From: Tepidiformaceae bacterium
GTDB lineage: Bacteria > Chloroflexota > Dehalococcoidia > Tepidiformales > Tepidiformaceae
Assembly (NCBI GenBank): GCA_039917655.1
Contig: JBDSJC010000163.1
Coordinates: 768 to 64,767, forward strand
DNA: 64,000 bases
Direction of reading: 5' to 3'
Part shown: piece after piece, positions 8,533 through 15,745 of the stretch
Layout of the letters: each line of letters begins with the position of its first letter
Position numbering within the stretch: the stretch's first letter is position 1
The notes under the pieces: model-generated
Told to the model about the DNA's origin: nothing
The model's input: the letters and a program-made list of their open reading frames with translations, nothing else
Database searches by the model: none
Made by a program: the position numbers and the translations under genes

Positions 8533-9729
8533 ATGATCTTTCCGCGCAAAGCCTCGATCCTTCACGTTGACCTCGACGCCTTCTTCGTTTCGATGGAGTT
8601 GCTGCGCCGCCCCGAACTGCGCGGTAAGCCGGTTGTCGTCGCTGGTGGGCTTGGAGCGCGTGGGGTGGTCAACACGTGCAGCTACGAAGCGCGCGCATTC
8701 GGCGTCCGCTCGGCCATGCCCGTTAGCCGCGCGCACCAATTCTGCCCCCATGCGGTCTTCCTCGAATCCGACTACGCCTACTACAGCGAAGCCTCACGCG
8801 CGTTCCACGCGATCTTGCGGGACTACACGCCGCTCGTGGAGCCCGCGGGCGCAGACGAAGCGTACTTGGACGTAGCTGGCAGCGAACGGCTCTTTGGCGA
8901 GCCGGAGGTGATCGCCCGCGATATTCGCCGCCGCATCCTGGTCGAAATCGGGATCACGGGGTCGGTCGGCGTGTCCATCAACAAGCTCGTTTCGAAGGTT
9001 GCAAGCGACGCCGGGAAGCCGGATGGCCTGGTAATCGTGCCTGCGGGAGACGAAGCCGCCTTCTTCGCGCCTCGCCCACTGCGCGAGCTGCCGATGGTGG
9101 GACCGAAGACCGCCGCGACGCTCGCCTCGCTGGGCGTCCATAGCATCGGCGACCTCGCCGCCGTGCCCCTCCCGGTGCTCGAATCACGCTTCGGCAGGCA
9201 CGGCGCGGAGCTGCACAGCCGCGCCCAGGGCGTGTACGACTCGCCGGTCCTTTCCGGCCGGGGCGAGGCAAAGTCAATCAGCCGCGAGACAACCTTTGGC
9301 GAAGATGAGCCCGATGGCGCTCGCCTGCGAGGAGTGCTCCTCGGTCACGCCGAGCGAGTCGCCGCTGACCTCGAACGTGAGCGCCGCGCCGCAAGGACGG
9401 TGACGCTCAAGCTGCGCTTCCCGCCCTTTGAAACGCTCACCCGTTCGGTCACCAGTCCGCAGCCGTTTCACCTCGCTGGCGAACTCTTTGAGGCAGCCGC
9501 GGCACTGTTCGAACGCGTCTGGGCCGAAAACGGCAAGCGGCCTGTGCGGCTCGTCGGGCTCGGCGCGACGAACCTCCAGGAGCGCGCTCAGCAGCTGCGT
9601 CTTGGCGAAACGCTAGAGGCGGATGACCTGGCCAACGCGTTGACTGGCTTGCGCGAACGTTTTGGCGACGGCGTGATCAGCCGGGCGGCGGAGATCGGCC
9701 ACCGCCGGGGCGCGCCAAATCATGATTGA
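8533..9729 (+). CDS. dinB: DNA polymerase IV (Y-family translesion polymerase)
   Basis: 398 aa with ILHVDLDAFFVSMELLRRPELRGKPVVV, SYEARAFGVRSAMP and EAYLDV motifs. Confidence 0.93.
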   Translation: MIFPRKASILHVDLDAFFVSMELLRRPELRGKPVVVAGGLGARGVVNTCSYEARAFGVRSAMPVSRAHQFCPHAVFLESDYAYYSEASRAFHAILRDYTPLVEPAGADEAYLDVAGSERLFGEPEVIARDIRRRILVEIGITGSVGVSINKLVSKVASDAGKPDGLVIVPAGDEAAFFAPRPLRELPMVGPKTAATLASLGVHSIGDLAAVPLPVLESRFGRHGAELHSRAQGVYDSPVLSGRGEAKSISRETTFGEDEPDGARLRGVLLGHAERVAADLERERRAARTVTLKLRFPPFETLTRSVTSPQPFHLAGELFEAAAALFERVWAENGKRPVRLVGLGATNLQERAQQLRLGETLEADDLANALTGLRERFGDGVISRAAEIGHRRGAPNHD

Positions 9730-9778
9730 CATGGCACCTTCCAACTGGAAGGATTGGCAACCTTACTGAGGTTTGCTA

Positions 9779-10432
9779 ATGTCCGATGACGTACCCGTCT
9801 CGCCCCGCCAGAGATGGCTCACCCTCGGCTCCGCCAGTAGCCTCCTGGGCGTCAGCGAGTCTACGATCCGGCGCTGGGCTGATGCCGGCGAAATCGGGTC
9901 GTTTCGTACGCCTGGCGGGCATCGGCGGATCCTGGAGGACGACCTCAAGCGCTTCATGGCATCGACCCCCGGCGCCACCCCCGCGCGGGACACCGACCGG
10001 ATCAGTGACATAGCGCTCGCGCGGGTGAAGCGGCGCATCAGCCGCGGGCGTCAGACACACTCCATGGACGCTTTCAACACGCTCTCGGATGACGTCCGAG
10101 ACCGGCTGCGGTTGATGGGCCGGCAACTGGTGGATCTCTTTGCGCGCTACATCGCCTCGGATTCGAAGAAAGAACGCTTCACCGAGGATGCGCGAACCAT
10201 CGGGCACGAATATGGCCGGACGCTGGTTGGCTCCAAAGTGCGTCTCACCGTCGCTGTCAGCACGTTCAACAGCATGCGCCGTTCGCTCGAAGAGACCGCA
10301 TCGCAGATAGCGACTGAGGCCGGGCTTTCGACGGAAGAGGCGGTGGTCGCCATCGAAAACATCCTCGACCTCGCGGATGTTGTGATGGAAGGGATGGCGC
10401 AGATGTACGAGAACGCCCCGGCCGCGCGGTAG
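9779..10432 (+). CDS. MerR/excisionase-type HTH DNA-binding protein with helical C-terminal domain
   Basis: The N-terminus WLTLGSASSLLGVSESTIRRWADAGEIGSFRTPGGHRRI is an HTH_17/excisionase-like motif. The ATG at 9779 is preferred (GAGG 7 nt upstream). The ORF track starts at TTG 9773. Confidence 0.65.
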   Translation: MSDDVPVSPRQRWLTLGSASSLLGVSESTIRRWADAGEIGSFRTPGGHRRILEDDLKRFMASTPGATPARDTDRISDIALARVKRRISRGRQTHSMDAFNTLSDDVRDRLRLMGRQLVDLFARYIASDSKKERFTEDARTIGHEYGRTLVGSKVRLTVAVSTFNSMRRSLEETASQIATEAGLSTEEAVVAIENILDLADVVMEGMAQMYENAPAAR

Positions 10433-10459
10433 TCCTCTTTCGGAATCCGCTGGGGGAAT

Positions 10460-11554
10460 CTACGAGGCCGGGTCCATCGCCTCGTTGAAACCGTAGCGTG
10501 GGTACGGGCCGATGACGATGATTTCGAACACGCCCATGCCCTCCCGCCCGCCCGCCGTAACCTGCGAGAGCGTCTGGACGTGCAGGTTGGCCATGGGGTT
10601 CTCTTCGGAGAGGACGTATTCGCCGCCATCCTGCTCATCCGGCCCCACCCACATGCCGTGTCCCCACTTCGGTTCCCCGTAGCCGATACCTTTCATCAGG
10701 AAATGGTATAGCGGCTTGAACGTCACTTCGAACGGGTCGCCCACGCCGGGTGTCAGACGGATTTTCGAACCATCGCCGATCCACCGCGTCCCCTTCTCGA
10801 ACTTCAGGTCGTGCGAAACGACCGCTCGCGTGGCCGTCGCCTCCGGATAAGGTGTCAGGATTTCGCCGGATTCGTGCCAGCGCGTGCCATCGGGTAGTTC
10901 GGAGGTTGTGAAAAGCGTGCAGCGGTCTTCGAAGTTCAGCGGCGCCCAGTTCCAGTAGAACTGCGGGGCCGCGGTAAGTGGTGCACCACGCGGGTCGCGC
11001 CCGCCGACGTTGCGGATCCCCCAAGAATGGTCACGGGAACCCCACCAGGCGTCCGGGCGCACCTCGAAGGTCGTGCCGTCGATTGTGATCGTGCCGCTCC
11101 ACTGGCCGTGCTGCGTCATGCGGGTGTAGTCCATGGCCAGCAGCGGCCCGTTTCGGCGCAGGAAGTGCGGTTCTTCCATCGGCAGGGAGCGGGCTTCGAA
11201 AACGAGGTCCGCGCTCACTCCCCACTGGTTCGGGGCGACCGTGACACGGATGCGCCTCAGCGGCTCTATCACTTCCACGGAGATAGCGCCCGCGGAGGTG
11301 TTCATGCGGTCGGGGCCCAACGCCCGAGACGCACGGACGAAGCGTTGGCGTCCGTTGTGCACCACGCTGAACGCGCAATCGAACACGCCCAAGTTCGGAT
11401 ACAGCCCCATGGCCACTGCGAAATAGACCTCGCCGTCTCTCCGGTAACCGTTAAAGAAGTAGCGATCGTAGAAGTTGCGGTCGCTCGTCCCGACGGTGTC
11501 GAAGGTGTACGGCGTCTGGTGGGTCAGATATTCGTCGGCTTGGGTAAGTGGCAC
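10460..11554 (-). CDS. conserved hypothetical protein (beta-rich, unknown function)
   Basis: 364-aa ORF with non-repetitive, coding-like composition (MPLTQADEYLTHQTPYTFD..., SRDHSWGIRN). No family was confidently recognised. Confidence 0.6.
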   Translation of the reverse strand: MPLTQADEYLTHQTPYTFDTVGTSDRNFYDRYFFNGYRRDGEVYFAVAMGLYPNLGVFDCAFSVVHNGRQRFVRASRALGPDRMNTSAGAISVEVIEPLRRIRVTVAPNQWGVSADLVFEARSLPMEEPHFLRRNGPLLAMDYTRMTQHGQWSGTITIDGTTFEVRPDAWWGSRDHSWGIRNVGGRDPRGAPLTAAPQFYWNWAPLNFEDRCTLFTTSELPDGTRWHESGEILTPYPEATATRAVVSHDLKFEKGTRWIGDGSKIRLTPGVGDPFEVTFKPLYHFLMKGIGYGEPKWGHGMWVGPDEQDGGEYVLSEENPMANLHVQTLSQVTAGGREGMGVFEIIVIGPYPRYGFNEAMDPAS

Positions 11555-11682
11555 GAGGCGTCTCCAGGGCTGTGGCTGGAGGCGAGACTACGCAGGTGCA
11601 CTTCGCCCGGCAACTGAGTGGGTCTCGCCGCAGGTCGTGCTCGTGGTGCCGAGCGCGAGCCTGCGGCGGAACCGGTTCCTGT

Positions 11683-11904
11683 CTAGGTGTGGTGCGTGTG
11701 GTGCGTGAGGTGGTGGTGCGTGAAGTGGAAGTGTGCGGCCCACCCGATCTTCGGGAGAGCGAGCCTGAACTTTCGCGCGTTTAGCGAGTTCCCGGTCCGG
11801 GCACACCCGCGGCGGGCTTCGGCGGAGAGCAGCAGGGCGGCCACTTCCAGCTCGCGGTCCATCATGTTGGCGCGCATAAGTTGGTCTAGTTCCATCTGAT
11901 ACAT
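11683..11904 (-). CDS. small hypothetical protein with His/Thr-rich C-terminal tail
   Basis: The ATG at 11904 is preceded by AAGGAG at 7-nt spacing. The 73-aa product is MYQMELDQLMRANMMDRELEV...AAHFHFTHHHLTHHTHHT. The tail is encoded by degenerate GGTGCGTG-type repeats at 11683-11730. Confidence 0.5.
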   Translation of the reverse strand: MYQMELDQLMRANMMDRELEVAALLLSAEARRGCARTGNSLNARKFRLALPKIGWAAHFHFTHHHLTHHTHHT

Positions 11905-12082
11905 GACGTTTCTCCTTGTCTGGGTTCTGGGTGACCTGACTCTGGCAACCTGTTCCCGGCCCATTCGCCCGTCTATGCGGCAGTTCACTGAGGGGGCCGC
12001 TGCCGCCGACAAGGCTCGCCGTGAGTGTGAAGCATCCTGCAGAGTGCTCTCGCCAAGCGGCGGCGGGCGCTACCATTCGCGC

Positions 12083-12712
12083 ATGGCCAAAGGTGACCCG
12101 CTCCCCAGCCTCAAGTTCGAAAAAGAAGCCTGGGCCGCCGGCGCCCTCTGGGTGGCGGGCGTGGATGAGGTGGGCTGCGGGCCGCTCGCCGGGCCGGTGG
12201 CGGCCGGCGTCGTCGCCCTGCCCGCGGGCAAGCGCTTCCGCTGGTACTCCAGGGTGCGCGACTCGAAGGTGCTCTCGGAGAGGGCGCGCGATGAGCTCGC
12301 GCCGTTGATCCGGGCGTCCGTCCCCTTCGCCATCGGCTGGGCGTCGCATGAGGAGATCGACCGCATCGGCATCCTCCCGGCGCGGCGGCTCTGCATGCTC
12401 CGCGCCTTCGAGCAGCTTTCGATCAAGCCCGATGCGATCATCTCCGATGCGCTGGACTTGCCGTTGCCGAACCTGCGTGCCGTGATCAACGGCGATGCGC
12501 TGAGCGTCAGCGTTGGTGCGGCGAGCATCGTCGCGAAGGTGGCACGGGATGCGCTGATGACCGAGATGTGCGCCCGTTACCCTGGCTACAACTTCTGTCA
12601 GAACAAGGGCTACCCCACCCCCCAGCACAAGATGCTGCTGCGGCAGCGTGGTCCGTGCCCGATTCACCGCCACAGCTATGCTCCCGTTGCCCAGTCCGTG
12701 TTCAGATGGTGA
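12083..12712 (+). CDS. rnhB: ribonuclease HII
   Basis: Internal start MAKGDPLPSL within ORF 11903..12712. It contains VAGVDEVGCGPLAGPVVAA, DSK.LS, GDA.S.SVGAASIVAKV.RD and YPGY.F..NKGY.T..H. Confidence 0.9.
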   Translation: MAKGDPLPSLKFEKEAWAAGALWVAGVDEVGCGPLAGPVAAGVVALPAGKRFRWYSRVRDSKVLSERARDELAPLIRASVPFAIGWASHEEIDRIGILPARRLCMLRAFEQLSIKPDAIISDALDLPLPNLRAVINGDALSVSVGAASIVAKVARDALMTEMCARYPGYNFCQNKGYPTPQHKMLLRQRGPCPIHRHSYAPVAQSVFRW

Positions 12713-13074
12713 CCCCTCGGAAAGCGCTCGGTGATTTCGGAGAACGGGTCGCGGCGCACCGGCTGGAGTCTGAAGGGATGCGAGTGCTCGCGCGGAACGT
12801 GCGCACTCGTGGTGGGGAGATCGACCTAGTTGTCCAAGATGGCACGGACCTCGTGTTCGTCGAGGTGCGCACGCGGCGCACCGTGCCCGGGGTGGCGGCG
12901 GAATCCCTGACTCCCGCGAAGCTGCGCCGGATGTGGCAGTGCGCCATGGACCACTGCGAGACAAACGCCGTCTCGCCGGAGCAAGCGCGCATCGACCTCG
13001 TGAGCATCGACCTCGGCCCCAATGGCGAACCAGCGCGCATCGAGCATTTCCGTGGCCTCGAAATACCGGACTGA
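12706..13074 (+). CDS. yraN: YraN family endonuclease (UPF0102)
   Basis: The start ATG at 12706 overlaps the rnhB stop. The pattern G...E..A...L...G...LARN.R.R.GEIDLV..DG..LVFVEV..R fits, and the rnhB-yraN pairing is conserved. Confidence 0.85.
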   Translation: MVTPRKALGDFGERVAAHRLESEGMRVLARNVRTRGGEIDLVVQDGTDLVFVEVRTRRTVPGVAAESLTPAKLRRMWQCAMDHCETNAVSPEQARIDLVSIDLGPNGEPARIEHFRGLEIPD

Positions 13075-13137
13075 AGGCCGTTCAGGATTTCCCCCAGCCT
13101 CATCGACAATGAGCGCAGGGCAATCGACAATCCTGCT

Positions 13138-13485
13138 ATGCCCATCTACGAATTCCGCTGCGCCGATTGCGGCAAAGTTACCAACCACTTCACGCGCAAG
13201 GTCGATACCGAACTGAAGGTCGCCTGCGAGCACTGCAAGAGTGCGAAGACGTCGCGCTTGATGTCCAAGTTCGGACGGACGTACAGCCGCGCGGACATCA
13301 TCGATCGCTATGGAGACCCGGCCGACGGTGGTGGAGGCCCGGACGCCTACCGGGACCCACGCCAGATCGGATCCTGGGTCGAAAAGAAATTCGACCAGTA
13401 CGGCATGGACCTTCCAGACGGCGCCCGCGAAATGATCGACGCCGCGCGCGAAGGCGAACTGCCGGACGCGGTCAAAGACCTGTAG
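13138..13485 (+). CDS. FmdB-family zinc-ribbon putative regulatory protein
   Basis: MPIYEFRCADCGKVTNHF...VACEHCKS matches the CxxC_CxxC_SSSS signature. Confidence 0.8.
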   Translation: MPIYEFRCADCGKVTNHFTRKVDTELKVACEHCKSAKTSRLMSKFGRTYSRADIIDRYGDPADGGGGPDAYRDPRQIGSWVEKKFDQYGMDLPDGAREMIDAAREGELPDAVKDL

Positions 13486-13555
13486 TGAGTTTGGATTAAG
13501 AACTGGCCAAACCGCAATTCCACGTCCAGATCCAAAATCCAAAATAGGAGTCGTC

Positions 13556-14179
13556 TTGCCTGACACCACTCCCCTCGACTCGATCATCCCACGCATCGTC
13601 AAGCACTTCGATGCCAAGAACGCTGCCCGCGAACGGGGCCTTGCAGCGAGCCGCACGCTGATCAGGATGAGCGCCAACAGCATTCGTGCTGTCCACCGTG
13701 GGGAGTTCGCGAAAGCCGCTGCGATGCTCGATGAGGCGAAGGCAATTCGCGACGACGCGGTCGCTGCGCTTGCCGATCATGCAGACATCTACCACGCTGG
13801 CTTTCTGCACGACGCCCAGAAGGAGTACGCGGAGGCGCGAGCAACGCTCGCGCTGGTCTCGGGCGGCACGCTCCCCTCGCCCGAAGAGCTGGGCGTGGAG
13901 TATCCGGCGTATCTGAACGGCATCGCCGAGGCGGTCGGAGAGATGCGCCGACTATTGCTCGATCGGCTTCGCAGCGGCCAGTACGCGGGCTGCGAGGAGA
14001 TCCTCCGGGCGATGGACGACATCTATTCGGTGCTCGTCACCATCGATTTTCCTGACGCAATGACCGGCGGTCTCCGGCGGACAACGGACCAGACGCGCGG
14101 CATCCTTGAAAGGACGCGAGGAGACCTGACGATGGCGATAGTCCAGCGCCGTGCGATGCCCTCGCGCCCGGAGGACTGA
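13556..14179 (+). CDS. translin family protein
   Basis: TTG start with AGGAG 6 nt upstream. The all-helical 207-aa product contains HDAQKEYAEA..L, YLNGIAEAVGEMRR and DRLRSG, typical of translin/TRAX. Confidence 0.65.
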   Translation: MPDTTPLDSIIPRIVKHFDAKNAARERGLAASRTLIRMSANSIRAVHRGEFAKAAAMLDEAKAIRDDAVAALADHADIYHAGFLHDAQKEYAEARATLALVSGGTLPSPEELGVEYPAYLNGIAEAVGEMRRLLLDRLRSGQYAGCEEILRAMDDIYSVLVTIDFPDAMTGGLRRTTDQTRGILERTRGDLTMAIVQRRAMPSRPED

Positions 14180-14438
14180 TCACTCGTTGGCTTGCCGGCC
14201 ACTCAGCCACCGACCACAAGACGATGCTGAGCACGAGGGCCGTGGTCGCAACCATCGCGGCGAAAATCGCAGCCACCGCCAGCCCGGTGCTGCCACCGCG
14301 CCGGTGGTTGGCGAACAGATGGCCGCGGCCAGGACGTACACCGCCATGGCTGCCCATCCGGCGACGAACGCCAGTGGGATCGCGATCACGTGAGGGCGGT
14401 CGAAACCTGGCCCTTCCTGTCGTCCCTACCGCAGCGCC

Positions 14439-15446
14439 TCAGACTTTCGGGATAACCTGCGCAATGACGGCCTTGGTGAAGTCCATTGTACTGAGCTTGC
14501 CGCCGAGGTCGCCGGTCTTTGCGCCCGTGGCGATGCAATCGTGGACGGCATCGACCAGGCGCCGGCCCATGTCGTGGTGGCCGCAATACTCCAGCAGGTA
14601 GCCGAACGCCTCGATCGCGCCCGCCGGGTTGGCGATCCCCTTACCCGCGATGTCCGGCGCGGTGCCGCCAGCAGGATCGAAGATGCCGATCGACGGCTGG
14701 TGGCTGGGGGTGAAGGCGTATGAAGCGCTCGCGCCCAGGCCGATGGAGCCGATCAACCCGTAAACGGCGTCGCTGAGGAAGTCGCCGTATTCGTTTGGCG
14801 TGACGATCACGTCGTAGCGCTCTGGGTGCATGATCAGCTTCGCCAGCAGTGAATCGAACAGTTCGCGATGGTGCTCGGTGTTGCGGTACTCGGCGGCCAC
14901 CTCATCGACGACCTCTTCGAACAGCCCGTCGGCGGCCCGTTGGATGGTGTACTTGCTCGTCGAGACGACGCTGTGACGTTGCCGTTCGGCGAGGCGGAAG
15001 GCGAAGTGGGCGGCGTGTTCAACCGGCGTACGCTCCATCACGCGGATGCTCACAGCGGAATGGTAGCCGAGCCGTTTGCCAGCATCTTCGTAGGTGCCAC
15101 CGGTGGCTACGCGCACCACGTGGAGGTCGATCTTGCCCGTGTAGTTGGTGCTCACGCCGGGGTAGGTACGGCAAGGGCGGTGGATCACGGCGAGGTCCAG
15201 CTTGTCGCGCAGCACCTGGTTGGGGCTGTCAGTCTTCGTGACGGTGGGGTACTTCATAGCGGCGCCAAGTGTCCGCGTCAGTTCGATCCCTTCGTCCATC
15301 GCGGCGGATGAGACCTCGCGCCGGTCCACGCTCCAATCGACGGGCCGGAAGGCGATCAGGCTGCCAAGCGCTTCGTTGAGGGAGTGGATCGCGTCCCGCA
15401 GTTCGGCCGCGATCCCGTCGCCGTTCAGTTCAGCTACTTCGCGCAT
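14439..15446 (-). CDS. isocitrate/isopropylmalate dehydrogenase family protein
   Basis: Internal start MREVAELNGDGIAAEL (GGGGAG RBS). It contains NEYGDFLSD, GLGASASY and FDPAGGTAPDIAGKGIANP motifs. Substrate specificity is not assignable by eye. Confidence 0.8.
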   Translation of the reverse strand: MREVAELNGDGIAAELRDAIHSLNEALGSLIAFRPVDWSVDRREVSSAAMDEGIELTRTLGAAMKYPTVTKTDSPNQVLRDKLDLAVIHRPCRTYPGVSTNYTGKIDLHVVRVATGGTYEDAGKRLGYHSAVSIRVMERTPVEHAAHFAFRLAERQRHSVVSTSKYTIQRAADGLFEEVVDEVAAEYRNTEHHRELFDSLLAKLIMHPERYDVIVTPNEYGDFLSDAVYGLIGSIGLGASASYAFTPSHQPSIGIFDPAGGTAPDIAGKGIANPAGAIEAFGYLLEYCGHHDMGRRLVDAVHDCIATGAKTGDLGGKLSTMDFTKAVIAQVIPKV

Positions 15447-15745
15447 GGTGGTTCTCCCCAGCGATCTTTGCGATTTAAGGTACGGCACGACAGGTTAAAG
15501 CGGTTGGAGACTGCCGGGGCGAGCCTGGCGGTCACCCGGCTGCCGTCTCCATGGATGAACGGATCATTGGCACCTTGATGCAACCCTTTCACTGAGCAGC
15601 GACAGGCTGGAAATGTAAGTGGCTCGTAAAGTTTCGGCTTGCTAGACTCCGCACGCTTCGGCGCGTCTTTGGGGCGGCCGTCGGTTCCGCGTGTCCTAAA
15701 ACGGGGAGGGCACACACTCAAACTATCGGTGGAGGGGGAGGTTCC

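Noticed and set aside
11683-11730. GGTGCGTG-type short repeats that might be a repeat array, or a His-operon-style attenuator.
   Set aside because: The repeats are degenerate and only ~48 nt long. They lie inside an SD-led ORF, where they encode the His/Thr tail. The downstream gene is not a histidine biosynthesis gene, so classical attenuation is unlikely. The ORF is kept only as a small-protein finding.
11588-12964. A 458-aa ORF on the minus strand, plus similar long ORFs at 16223-17410, 28130-28984, 29641-30672, 35615-36796, 38863-39687, 43109-44203, 56756-57781, 12826-13683 and 51520-52188.
   Set aside because: All are antisense or out of frame relative to genes with unmistakable family signatures (rnhB/yraN, hppA, fliR/flhB/flhA, rod genes, flgK, ABC permease, hybrid kinase). 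Their translations are Arg/Gly/Pro/Ala-rich and low-complexity, as expected for stop-poor alternative frames in ~65% GC DNA.
14037-14389. Two overlapping minus-strand ORFs that each encode one good TM helix (IAIPLAFVAGWAAMAVYVLAAAI and LAVAAIFAAMVATTALVLSIVLW). This suggests a frameshifted two-TM mini-protein downstream of the dehydrogenase gene.
   Set aside because: A single gene model cannot be reconstructed. One frame ends in an Arg/Trp-rich nonsense-like tail, and the other runs 140 nt into the convergent translin gene. There is no RBS. It could be a pseudogene or a sequencing frameshift, but the evidence is too weak to annotate.
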